A stretch of 47,215 nucleotides of DNA from Fusobacteriota bacterium (GTDB lineage Bacteria > Fusobacteriota > Fusobacteriia > Fusobacteriales > JBNJFI01): positions 1-47,215 of the forward strand of contig JBNJFI010000006.1 of NCBI GenBank assembly GCA_051746725.1. Direction: 5' to 3'. The position numbers and the translations under genes are program-made. Positions 32,106-40,977 of the stretch are shown here, in pieces. The notes below the pieces were generated by a model. It saw only the letters and a program-made list of their open reading frames with translations. It did no database searches and was not told where the DNA came from. Numbering within the stretch: position 1 is the first letter of the stretch; each line of letters opens with the position of its first letter.

Positions 32106-33260
32106 ATGAAAAGAATATCCATCTTAGGTTCTACAGGAAGCATTGGTCAAAATGGACTAAAGGTTATAGATAATTTGGAAGACTGTGAAGTTTTAGCGCT
32201 AACAGCTAATAATAATTATAAATTACTTATAAAACAGATTAAAAAATACAATCCTCGATATATATGTATAGGAAGTGATGAGGGATATAGAGTTTTAAAA
32301 GATAAATTTAAAAATTTAAAGATATATAAAGGTGAAAAGGGCTTGAAAAAAATAGGGCAGCTAAATGAAACAGATATATTATTAACTGCAGTATCTGGAG
32401 CTGTTGGATTAGAGGCCACAATAGAAGCTATTAAAAGAGAAAAGAGAATAGCTCTAGCAAACAAAGAAACCATGGTTGCTGCTGGTCCTTTAATTAAAAA
32501 GCTATTAAAAGAATATGATGCTGAAATAATACCTGTGGATAGTGAGCACAGTGCAATATATCAATCTTTAAAAAGTGGCAAGATTTCAGAAGTGGAAAGA
32601 CTTATAGTAACTGCATCTGGAGGTCCATTTCGTGGAATGTCAACTGGGGATTTGAAAAAAGTTACCCTAGAGGATGCTTTAAAACATCCTAACTGGAGTA
32701 TGGGATCAAAGATAACAATAGATTCTGCTTCCATGGTAAATAAGGGATTGGAAGTTATTGAAGCGCATTATTTGTTTGGAATAGATTATGATGATATTGA
32801 TGTAGTGGTCCATCCAGAAAGTATTATACATTCATTAGTTGAGTTTAAAGATAGATCGACAATAACTCAAATGGGTGTGCCAGATATGAAAGTTCCAATA
32901 CAGTATGCTTTTACATATCCCAATCGAGAAAAAAATTCTCAAACTGAGAGTTTGAATTTAGGGAAAATAGCAAAATTAACGTTTGAAGAACCGGAATTAT
33001 CTGTATTCAAGGGTTTAAAATATGCATATGAAGCTGGTAAGATTGGAAAGAGCATGCCTATTGTTTTTAATGCAGCCAATGAAGTTGCAGTAAATAAATT
33101 TTTGAATAAAGAGATAAAATTTTTAAATATATACGAAATTATTCGAAAAACAATGGATAAACATAAGTTATCTGAGATTAACTCAGTGAAGGATATACAG
33201 CGAGTGGATAAATGGACAAGACAGTTGGCGTCCGAAATGGCTATTTCAAAAAATAATTAA
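32106..33260 (+). CDS. dxr: 1-deoxy-D-xylulose-5-phosphate reductoisomerase
   Basis: 'LGSTGSIG', 'LANKE', 'PVDSEHSA', 'HPNWSMG'. Confidence 0.99.
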   Translation: MKRISILGSTGSIGQNGLKVIDNLEDCEVLALTANNNYKLLIKQIKKYNPRYICIGSDEGYRVLKDKFKNLKIYKGEKGLKKIGQLNETDILLTAVSGAVGLEATIEAIKREKRIALANKETMVAAGPLIKKLLKEYDAEIIPVDSEHSAIYQSLKSGKISEVERLIVTASGGPFRGMSTGDLKKVTLEDALKHPNWSMGSKITIDSASMVNKGLEVIEAHYLFGIDYDDIDVVVHPESIIHSLVEFKDRSTITQMGVPDMKVPIQYAFTYPNREKNSQTESLNLGKIAKLTFEEPELSVFKGLKYAYEAGKIGKSMPIVFNAANEVAVNKFLNKEIKFLNIYEIIRKTMDKHKLSEINSVKDIQRVDKWTRQLASEMAISKNN

Positions 33261-33288
33261 TTTAGAATTTATAGATGAAAGGGAATAT

Positions 33289-33927
33289 ATGGAAAAGGGA
33301 TTATTTATAACTTTTGAAGGAGTAGAAGGTTCAGGAAAGAGTACTCAAATTAAAATTTTAGAAAATAACTTAAAAAAAAGAGGATTCAAAGTAGAAAAGA
33401 CCAGAGAACCTGGTGGTACTAATATTAGTGAAAAGATAAGAGAAATATTATTAGATTCTGAAAATAGTGATATGGATTATATGACAGAGCTACTTTTATA
33501 TTATGCAAGTAGAGCACAACATATAGCAGGAAAAATATTGCCAAATAAAAAAGAAGGAAAAATAATACTCTGTGACCGATTTACTGATTCGACTTTGGCA
33601 TATCAAGGCTATGGTCGTGGATTGGATAAAAATGTTATAAATGAACTGACAACACTTGTAGTTGGTGAAAACAAACCGGATATTACTATACTTATAGATA
33701 TTAATCCAGAAATAAGTTTAAAAAGAGCCAAGGCTCTATCACTTGATAAAACTGGAGATAGATTAGAAAAAGAAAAGATAGATTTTCATAAAAGAGTATG
33801 GAAGGGATATCGAAATATAGCCAAAAAAGATGAAAAAAGATTTATAATAATAAATGGAGATCAATCTATAGAAGATATCTCCAGAGATATTTTAAAAGAG
33901 ATCGAAAAAAAATTAAAGAAAAAATAA
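33289..33927 (+). CDS. tmk: Thymidylate kinase
   Basis: 'FEGVEGSGKST', 'REPGG', 'DRFTDSTLAYQG'. Confidence 0.98.
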   Translation: MEKGLFITFEGVEGSGKSTQIKILENNLKKRGFKVEKTREPGGTNISEKIREILLDSENSDMDYMTELLLYYASRAQHIAGKILPNKKEGKIILCDRFTDSTLAYQGYGRGLDKNVINELTTLVVGENKPDITILIDINPEISLKRAKALSLDKTGDRLEKEKIDFHKRVWKGYRNIAKKDEKRFIIINGDQSIEDISRDILKEIEKKLKKK

Positions 33928-33954
33928 ATTATAATAAGAAAAATGGAGGGGAAA

Positions 33955-34971
33955 ATGAGTATACTATGGACATTAATAGTATTAACGATAATAATATTTA
34001 TACATGAATTAGGTCATTTTTTATCGGCTAAATATTTTGATATACCTGTTTCTGAATTTGCAATAGGAATGGGACCTAAGGTATTGAGCAAAAAAGGAGA
34101 ATATACAGAATATTCATTGAGGGCCATTCCAATAGGCGGATTTGTAAATATAGAAGGGATGGAACCTGGAAGTGATGTAGAAGATGGTTTTAACAAAAAA
34201 GCGCCATATAAAAGATTTATAGTTTTATTTGCAGGGGTATTTATGAATTTTGTTTTAGCTTTTTTAATAATGTTTTTCATGGTGATTATTCAAGGAGAAT
34301 ATCAACAAAGTGAAAAACCTATAATAGGAGAAGTTACTGAGAATTCTCATGCCAAGGGGAAGATCAAAACAGGTGATTTGGTATTGAGTATAGAAGAAAA
34401 AGAAGTAAATAGTTGGGATGATGTAGTATCGATTTTATCCAAAAAAGAAGATCCTGAGATTTCGCTTAAGGTTCAAAGAAATCAAGAAATCCTTTCTATA
34501 AATACCCGGATGCAATATGAAAATGATCAAAAAAGATATTATCTTGGAATTGTTCCAGAATATGAAAAGGTTAATTATGGAATAATAGAAGGAGCAAAGG
34601 TTTCTGTAGAGAGATATTATGGATTATTTGCTGCTACTTTTCAGGGATTTAAAATGTTAATCCGAGGAGAAGTTACTAAAGAGCAGATAAGTGGACCTGT
34701 GGGAACAGTGAAAATTGTAGATCAATTTGCAAAACAGGGAATAGCTCCGCTTTTATTTTTAACAGCTCTTTTATCAATAAATATAGGAATAATAAATTTG
34801 TTTCCTCTGCCTGCATTAGATGGAGGAAGAATTGTATTTGTAGTACTTGAAAAATTAGGAATAAAGATTAATAAAGAGATTGAAGAAAAGGTGCATAAAG
34901 TTGGATTTATATTACTTATAACTCTGATTATAGTAATTACATATAATGATATTTTAAATTTAATAAATTAA
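33955..34971 (+). CDS. rseP: RIP metalloprotease RseP (M50, PDZ)
   Basis: 'HELGH', 'FAIGMGP', 'NLFPLPALDGG'. Confidence 0.95.
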   Translation: MSILWTLIVLTIIIFIHELGHFLSAKYFDIPVSEFAIGMGPKVLSKKGEYTEYSLRAIPIGGFVNIEGMEPGSDVEDGFNKKAPYKRFIVLFAGVFMNFVLAFLIMFFMVIIQGEYQQSEKPIIGEVTENSHAKGKIKTGDLVLSIEEKEVNSWDDVVSILSKKEDPEISLKVQRNQEILSINTRMQYENDQKRYYLGIVPEYEKVNYGIIEGAKVSVERYYGLFAATFQGFKMLIRGEVTKEQISGPVGTVKIVDQFAKQGIAPLLFLTALLSINIGIINLFPLPALDGGRIVFVVLEKLGIKINKEIEEKVHKVGFILLITLIIVITYNDILNLIN

Positions 34972-34980
34972 AAAAGAGAA

Positions 34981-35020
34981 ATATCTACCCAAGAATAAAA
35001 ATTAATTTTTGGGTAGATAT
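34981..35020. terminator. 12-bp inverted repeat after rseP
   Basis: ATATCTACCCAA...TTGGGTAGATAT. Confidence 0.55.
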
Positions 35021-35110
35021 AAAAAGCCAAAGAGAAGTCTTTAAAAATAGGGTTTTGGTATTAAAGAATAGAGAAGAAACAAAAAAGTTGAAAAAATAAT
35101 CAAAAAAAGC

Positions 35111-35139
35111 TTGATTTTTTATCAAAGAGGTGGTATACT
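35111..35139 (+). promoter_or_regulatory. sigma70-type promoter of the sugar locus
   Basis: TTGATT-17 bp-TATACT with extended TG. Confidence 0.75.
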
Positions 35140-35171
35140 AATATTGTGTAGGAAGATTTTTTTTACATCTT

Positions 35172-35189
35172 TATAAACACGTGTTTATA
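35172..35189. promoter_or_regulatory. Operator 1: perfect 18-bp palindrome
   Basis: TATAAACACGTGTTTATA. Confidence 0.7.
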
Positions 35190-35242
35190 TCTTGGTTAAA
35201 ATTGCTTATATCTATTAAGGTAATTCTTTTTTTTAAACCCTT

Positions 35243-35260
35243 TATAAACGCGCGTTAAAG
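35243..35260. promoter_or_regulatory. Operator 2: degenerate copy of operator 1
   Basis: TATAAACGCGCGTTAAAG, 71 bp downstream of operator 1. Confidence 0.6.
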
Positions 35261-35301
35261 ATTAAAAAATATAATATAAAAAAAACTGAGGAGGAGAAAT
35301 T

Positions 35302-36558
35302 ATGAAAAAAAGAGGATTAAAAATGTCGGTAGTATTATTTGTGTTAATTTTAGGGGTAACTTCATTTGGAAAAACAACATTAGATGTGGCGTGCTTTCCA
35401 GATCAAGATTCAGGATTTGAATCTATACTAGATGATTTTCATGCAGAATATCCAGATATTGAGGTAAATCTAATAGTCAACGGATTTGCAGAACATCATG
35501 ATGCTTTATTAACACAAATCGCATCAGGTGCAAATGTTCCAGATGTAGCAGTTATTGAAATAGGTTATATAGGTAACTTTGTTTCTAAAGGAGGATTTTT
35601 AAATTTAAAAGAATCTCCATATAATGCCCAGCAGTATAAGGATAACTTTGTAGCATATAAATGGGGACAAGCAACTTCTGGAGATGGAAGATTATTAGCT
35701 ATGCCTTTGGATATAGCTCCAGGAACTATATTTGCAAGAAAAGATAGGTTAAATGAAATTGGATATAGTGTAGATGATATGACTACAATGGAGAAATGGT
35801 TAGAAGCAGGTTTAAAATTTGCAGAAGATGAAGATGGAGATGGTACTAATGATAGATGGTTAGTTCCAGATGCTTCGGATATTTATTATATGATAGCTAA
35901 AAGTGGAAAAGAGAGATATTTTGATGAGGATGGAAATGTAATAGTAGATAACGATAGATTTTTGAGAGCTTTTAAAATGGCAAAAAAGGTAAGAGATCTT
36001 GGTTTAGATGGTGGAATTGGAGCTTGGACGAATGAGTGGTATGAAGCATTTAAACAAGGTTTAGTTTTAATGCAACCTTCTGGAGCATGGTTAGGTGGAC
36101 ATTTAAAAAACTGGATGGCGCCAGATACAGCAGGTAAATGGAGAGCTTTAAATCTTCCAGATGATATGTATATAAACTGGGGAGGTTCTTTTGCAGGGAT
36201 ACCTGAACAATCAGATAATAAAGAAGCTGCATGGAAATTCATTAAATTTGTAAGTACTACTAAAGAGGCTCAAATAGAACAGTTTAAATCATCTAATATA
36301 TTCCCAGCATGGAAACCCGCTTTTGATGATCCAATTTTTGAGGAAGAAGTGGAATTCTTTGGTGGACAAAAAGTTAGAAAACAGTGGGCTGAAGCTGCAA
36401 CTAAGGTACCTGTAGTTGTAACGGATAAATTCGATACAATGGCAGATGAGATAGTTCAAACAGCACTTACAGATGTATTAGAAAATGATAGAGATCCAGA
36501 AGAAGCTTTAAGAGAAGCTAAGATGTTAATACAAAGAAGAGTAAGACGTAGAAGATAA
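35302..36558 (+). CDS. Sugar ABC transporter solute-binding protein (CUT1), periplasmic
   Basis: Signal peptide without lipobox; 'PDVAVIE', 'WGGSFAGIP', 'KEAAWKFIKF'. Confidence 0.9.
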   Translation: MKKRGLKMSVVLFVLILGVTSFGKTTLDVACFPDQDSGFESILDDFHAEYPDIEVNLIVNGFAEHHDALLTQIASGANVPDVAVIEIGYIGNFVSKGGFLNLKESPYNAQQYKDNFVAYKWGQATSGDGRLLAMPLDIAPGTIFARKDRLNEIGYSVDDMTTMEKWLEAGLKFAEDEDGDGTNDRWLVPDASDIYYMIAKSGKERYFDEDGNVIVDNDRFLRAFKMAKKVRDLGLDGGIGAWTNEWYEAFKQGLVLMQPSGAWLGGHLKNWMAPDTAGKWRALNLPDDMYINWGGSFAGIPEQSDNKEAAWKFIKFVSTTKEAQIEQFKSSNIFPAWKPAFDDPIFEEEVEFFGGQKVRKQWAEAATKVPVVVTDKFDTMADEIVQTALTDVLENDRDPEEALREAKMLIQRRVRRRR

Positions 36559-36583
36559 ATAACTAATAAGTTATGATAAAAGC

Positions 36584-36608
36584 AAAAGGGGAGAGAACCT
36601 CCCCTTTT
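36584..36608 (+). terminator. Stem-loop after the solute-binding protein gene
   Basis: AAAAGGGGAG-AGAAC-CTCCCCTTTT. Confidence 0.7.
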
Positions 36609-36700
36609 AGAAAGAAGTGTTATAAATCAAAAAAGGATTGGCAGATCAGACTGTCCCTATATATTTGTATGACACTATTTTATAAGAAAGGATGGTTAAA

Positions 36701-37624
36701 ATGAAGTTTAGATTAAAAAGGGAATCAGCTCCGTATTTTTTTATATCTCCATTTTATATATTGTTTGCTATATTTGGAGCATTTCCAATACTTTTCTCTC
36801 TATTTTTAAGTTTTCATAGATGGGACGGAATAGCAGCAATGGAATGGGTTGGTATTGAAAACTATTCATTTGTGTTGACTGATCCATGGTTTTGGAAGTC
36901 TATAATGAATGTTTTGATAATTTTTGTTATGACAACAATACCACAGCATTTAATAGCACTTGTCTTTGCATATATTTTATATTCTGGAACAGTTAAATTT
37001 AGAGAATTTTTCCGTGGTGCTTTTTTTCTACCATATATAACATCGGCAGTGGCAGTATCTATGATATTTAGAATGTTATATGGTGAGCATTATGGTGTTT
37101 TAAATGCACTTTTAGAGTGGTTTTCTTCAATACCAGGAGTTAGTTTTATATTTGAATACTTAAAAATAGAGTTACCAATAAAGTGGCTGACTAATTCAGC
37201 CTGGGTAAAACCTTCAATTGCAATATTGGTAACATGGAAATATACAGGTTGGAATTTGATATTATATTATGCAGCCCTTCAAAATATACCAGGTAGTTTA
37301 TATGAAGCGGCTAGAGTAGATGGAGCAACACCTACTCAAACTTTTTTCCATATAACAATACCTATGCTAAAACCAGTTATATTTTTTGCAGTGACAATGT
37401 CAATTATAGGTAACTTACAACTGTTTGCTGAACCATATATGTTAACTACAGGACTAGGTGGACCAAGCCAAGCAGGTTTAACTCCGGCGTTGTATTTGTA
37501 TACAACAGGATTTAAATGGGGAGAATTTGGAACTGGTAGTGCAATGGCATATATTTTATGTGCCTTGATAATAGTTATTTCTTTGATAAATAAATATATA
37601 TTCAAAGAAAAAAAGGAGGTGTAA
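36701..37624 (+). CDS. Sugar ABC transporter permease (MalF/UgpA-like)
   Basis: EAA loop 'LYEAARVDGA', multiple TM segments; alternative start at 36692. Confidence 0.92.
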   Translation: MKFRLKRESAPYFFISPFYILFAIFGAFPILFSLFLSFHRWDGIAAMEWVGIENYSFVLTDPWFWKSIMNVLIIFVMTTIPQHLIALVFAYILYSGTVKFREFFRGAFFLPYITSAVAVSMIFRMLYGEHYGVLNALLEWFSSIPGVSFIFEYLKIELPIKWLTNSAWVKPSIAILVTWKYTGWNLILYYAALQNIPGSLYEAARVDGATPTQTFFHITIPMLKPVIFFAVTMSIIGNLQLFAEPYMLTTGLGGPSQAGLTPALYLYTTGFKWGEFGTGSAMAYILCALIIVISLINKYIFKEKKEV

Positions 37625-37628
37625 TAAG

Positions 37629-38492
37629 ATGGAAAATACGCAATATGAAAAAAAATTGAGAAACATGAAAATAATAAAAATATTTAAAAAAATATTAATG
37701 TATTTAGTTTTAGGAGCAGGAGCCTTTATAACGATATTTCCATTTTATTATATGATAGTTTTATCTACTAAAAGTAGAGAGGGAATATTTACATTTCCGC
37801 CTCCAATGTGGTTTGGGACACATTTTATGGAAAATTTATCTAATTTATTGGAAAAACTTCCAATATTTAGAGCATTATTTAATAGTATGTTTGTGGCAGG
37901 AAGCCAGACAATACTTGTTTTATTTTTCTGCTCCCTTGGAGGTTATGCATTTGCTAAGTTTGAATTTAAGGGACGAGAAAAACTGTTTGGAGCAATGCTT
38001 GCAACACTTATGATTCCACAACTATTGTCTATAATACCTTGGTTTATATTAATGAAACAATTTGGTTGGATAAACACATATTTACCATTAATAGTTCCTA
38101 TGATAGCAAATCCATTTGGAATCTTTTTAATGAGACAGTTTATGGAGGATCTGCCTGATAGTATTTTAGATGCAGCTAGAATTGATGGAGCAGGAGAGTT
38201 TGAAATTTTTATAAAGGTGGTATTACCTATAAGTTTACCAGCTTTGGGAACTTTGGCGATATTTACATTTTTAGGATCCTGGAATCAGTTTTTACAAGCT
38301 CTATTGGTATTACAACAAAAAGAGATGTATACTTTACCAGTAGCTTTATCTAAATTAGCTGGAAAAGTATCTAGTGATGCAGGAGCCTCTATGGTAGGAA
38401 CAGTTTTAGCTACTATGCCAATAGTTATTGTGTTTATAATAGCTTCGAAACAGTTTATATCAGGGATGACTGCAGGGGCAACGAAAGGATAA
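37629..38492 (+). CDS. Sugar ABC transporter permease (MalG/UgpE-like)
   Basis: 'DAARIDGAGE', 'GYAFAKFEFKGR', ends 'GATKG'. Confidence 0.92.
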   Translation: MENTQYEKKLRNMKIIKIFKKILMYLVLGAGAFITIFPFYYMIVLSTKSREGIFTFPPPMWFGTHFMENLSNLLEKLPIFRALFNSMFVAGSQTILVLFFCSLGGYAFAKFEFKGREKLFGAMLATLMIPQLLSIIPWFILMKQFGWINTYLPLIVPMIANPFGIFLMRQFMEDLPDSILDAARIDGAGEFEIFIKVVLPISLPALGTLAIFTFLGSWNQFLQALLVLQQKEMYTLPVALSKLAGKVSSDAGASMVGTVLATMPIVIVFIIASKQFISGMTAGATKG

Positions 38493-38502
38493 AGGAGGAA
38501 GT

Positions 38503-39840
38503 ATGAAAAAACGATACTTAATTTTACTAGTATTAGCTACTCTATTTTTAGGATGTAGCTCATTAGATAAAGATAAACAGGTTATTACAGAGGATAAAAT
38601 ACAATCCAAAGAAAATTCGGCGGATAAAGAAAATACCCAAATTAAAAAAGATAATATTAAAAAAGGAAATATTAAAAAAGGTAATATTAAAATAGAAATA
38701 ATAGATGAAGATGGTAACTCTATAAATGGAGAAGTCATATTAAAATCTGAAGAGAGTGACTATATTAATGAGAAACGAGGTGATACTATAGAATTTAATA
38801 ATATCCAAAATGGACTATATAGTATACAGGTCAAAAAAGAAGGGTTTATCTCAACGACAAAATATCTAGAAATAAAAGGGATGGACTTAATAAAAAAGAT
38901 AAAAATAAAAAGAAGATATCCTCGTATTACAGTTATACCTACTTTAAATAAAGAAGAAATAAAGGCCACAGTAGAAATATCAAAAGACGGAAAAGTAATA
39001 AAAAAGGATACTGGGATTTTTATGGATTTCAAATTAAAAGAAGGAATATATCAGCTAAAATTAAGTGGGCCATATTTAATAACAACTACTAAATATATAA
39101 ACGTGGATAATAATAATCAAGATATAGAGATAAAATTAAGAAGAGGAACCACAATAAAAACTAATATCTTAGATTCTAATGGAAATAATATAAAAGGAAT
39201 GGTGGAGCTCAAAAAAGATGGAAGAATAATTAAATCGGCGTCTGGAGACAAAATAGAATTTAATAAAATTCCCAAGGGCATGTATGAGATAACTGTCAAA
39301 AAAGATGGGTATTTATCTACTACAAAATATATTTTTGCTGTGGGGATGATATTAGAAAAAGATTTTATATTAAGAAAGAGCTCTGAACTTACTGTAGTTC
39401 CAATATATCAAGGTGAAAAAATCAAAGCAGAAGTGGAAGTTTCTAAATCAGGAAAAATATTAAAAAAAGGTTCAGGAGAAGAGATAAAATATCAATTAGA
39501 AGATGGAATTTATCAAGTTAAAGTATATGGAGAGAGTTTAAGCTCCACAACTAAATATGTATCTTTAGATGAAGATAAAAAGATTGAAATACCAGTTGAA
39601 AAAGTAAGTGACTTAAAAATAAAAGTTGTAGATGAAAATAAGCAACCTATTAAGGGAGACATATTTTTAAAATCAGATGATAAAATAATAGCTTTAGACA
39701 CAGGTTCTACAGTGAATTTTGGTAATTTAAAAAGTGGAATATATGAAGTTGTGGTAAAAAATGAAAATTATAATTCAGTATCAAAATTTGTAAATATTAA
39801 ATCTAAAAATAAAGAGATATCAATAAAAATAAGAAAATAA
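38503..39840 (+). CDS. Lipoprotein with five tandem beta-sandwich (carboxypeptidase-regulatory/PEGA-like) repeats
   Basis: Lipobox LFLG-C18; five repeats of about 76 aa, each with G-x-Y followed by TTKY (VSKF in the last). Confidence 0.75.
   Translation: MKKRYLILLVLATLFLGCSSLDKDKQVITEDKIQSKENSADKENTQIKKDNIKKGNIKKGNIKIEIIDEDGNSINGEVILKSEESDYINEKRGDTIEFNNIQNGLYSIQVKKEGFISTTKYLEIKGMDLIKKIKIKRRYPRITVIPTLNKEEIKATVEISKDGKVIKKDTGIFMDFKLKEGIYQLKLSGPYLITTTKYINVDNNNQDIEIKLRRGTTIKTNILDSNGNNIKGMVELKKDGRIIKSASGDKIEFNKIPKGMYEITVKKDGYLSTTKYIFAVGMILEKDFILRKSSELTVVPIYQGEKIKAEVEVSKSGKILKKGSGEEIKYQLEDGIYQVKVYGESLSSTTKYVSLDEDKKIEIPVEKVSDLKIKVVDENKQPIKGDIFLKSDDKIIALDTGSTVNFGNLKSGIYEVVVKNENYNSVSKFVNIKSKNKEISIKIRK
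38641..38692 (+). repeat. 15-bp in-frame tandem repeat, about 3.5 copies (IKK[DG]N)
   Basis: ATTAAAAAAGATAAT ATTAAAAAAGGAAAT ATTAAAAAAGGTAAT ATTAAAA. Confidence 0.85.
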
Positions 39841-39859
39841 AATTCGAGAGGTGGTAAAA

Positions 39860-40963
39860 ATGGCAAAGGTAATATTAAAGGATTTAGATAAAGTTTATCC
39901 AAATGGTTTTCAAGCTGTATATGGACACAATTTAGAAATAAGAGATGGTGAGTTTTTGGTATTTGTTGGTCCTTCTGGATGTGCCAAATCAACGACACTT
40001 AGAATGATAGCAGGGTTAGAAGATATATCAGGTGGAGAAATACGAATAGGAGACACAGTAGTTAATGATTTGGCTCCAAAAGATAGAAATATAGCAATGG
40101 TTTTTCAAAATTATGCTCTATATCCTCATATGGATGTTTATGATAATATGGCATTTGGTTTAAAATTACAAAAATTTCCAAAAGAAGAGATAGATCAAAG
40201 GGTAAAAGAAGCTGCTAAGATATTAGGAATAACGGATCTTTTAGATAGAAAACCAAAGGCGATGTCAGGTGGACAGCGTCAAAGAGTTGCTTTAGGTAGA
40301 GCAATAGTAAGACAACCAAAGGTATTTTTATTTGATGAGCCGTTATCAAACTTAGATGCAAAATTAAGAGTGCATATGAGAGTAGAGCTTACAAAATTAC
40401 ATCAACAGTTAAAAACAACTATGATTTATGTAACTCATGATCAAATAGAGGCAATGACAATGGGAGATAGAATTTGTGTAATGAAATTAGGAGTTATACA
40501 ACAAACAGCAGATCCAGTAACTTTATATGAAGAACCTGTAAATAAGTTTGTAGCTACTTTTATAGGGTCACCTTCTATGAATGTTGTAGCAGCAAAATTA
40601 ACTCAAGAAGAAGATGGTATATATGTTGACTTTGAAGAGGCAAAATTAAAATTACCAAAGGTAAAAGCCCAAAGAGTAAAGGATTATGCAGGAAAAGAAA
40701 TATGGTTTGGAATTAGACCAGAGAAAGTAGAATCGTATGAATTAAATCAAGATAAAGATACAGATATTTTAGAAGCTAAAATAGATGTTGTGGAACATAT
40801 GGGAAGTGAAGTATATGCATACTTTACATTAAAAGGTGGGCAATTTATAGCTCAATTAGAACCTCATGTAACAATAAAAGCTGGAGATACTTATAAATTC
40901 TGGCTAGACATGGAAAATTGCCACATATTCGATAAAAAGACAGAAGAAAACATTAGCTTATAG
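39860..40963 (+). CDS. Sugar ABC transporter ATPase (MalK/MsmX/UgpC family)
   Basis: 'GPSGCAKST', '[12 protein letters not shown]', 'SGGQRQR', '[12 protein letters not shown]', TOBE-like C-terminus. Confidence 0.95.
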   Translation: MAKVILKDLDKVYPNGFQAVYGHNLEIRDGEFLVFVGPSGCAKSTTLRMIAGLEDISGGEIRIGDTVVNDLAPKDRNIAMVFQNYALYPHMDVYDNMAFGLKLQKFPKEEIDQRVKEAAKILGITDLLDRKPKAMSGGQRQRVALGRAIVRQPKVFLFDEPLSNLDAKLRVHMRVELTKLHQQLKTTMIYVTHDQIEAMTMGDRICVMKLGVIQQTADPVTLYEEPVNKFVATFIGSPSMNVVAAKLTQEEDGIYVDFEEAKLKLPKVKAQRVKDYAGKEIWFGIRPEKVESYELNQDKDTDILEAKIDVVEHMGSEVYAYFTLKGGQFIAQLEPHVTIKAGDTYKFWLDMENCHIFDKKTEENISL

Positions 40964-40977
40964 TTTGGAGGCAAAAG

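Noticed and set aside
33289..33927. tmk between dxr and rseP as a novel insertion
   Set aside because: I recall the same order in Fusobacterium, so it is treated as a lineage trait
39968..39994. Walker A variant GPSGCAKST suggesting an inactive ATPase
   Set aside because: The catalytic Lys and all other motifs are intact, and I recall this variant from other sugar ABC ATPases
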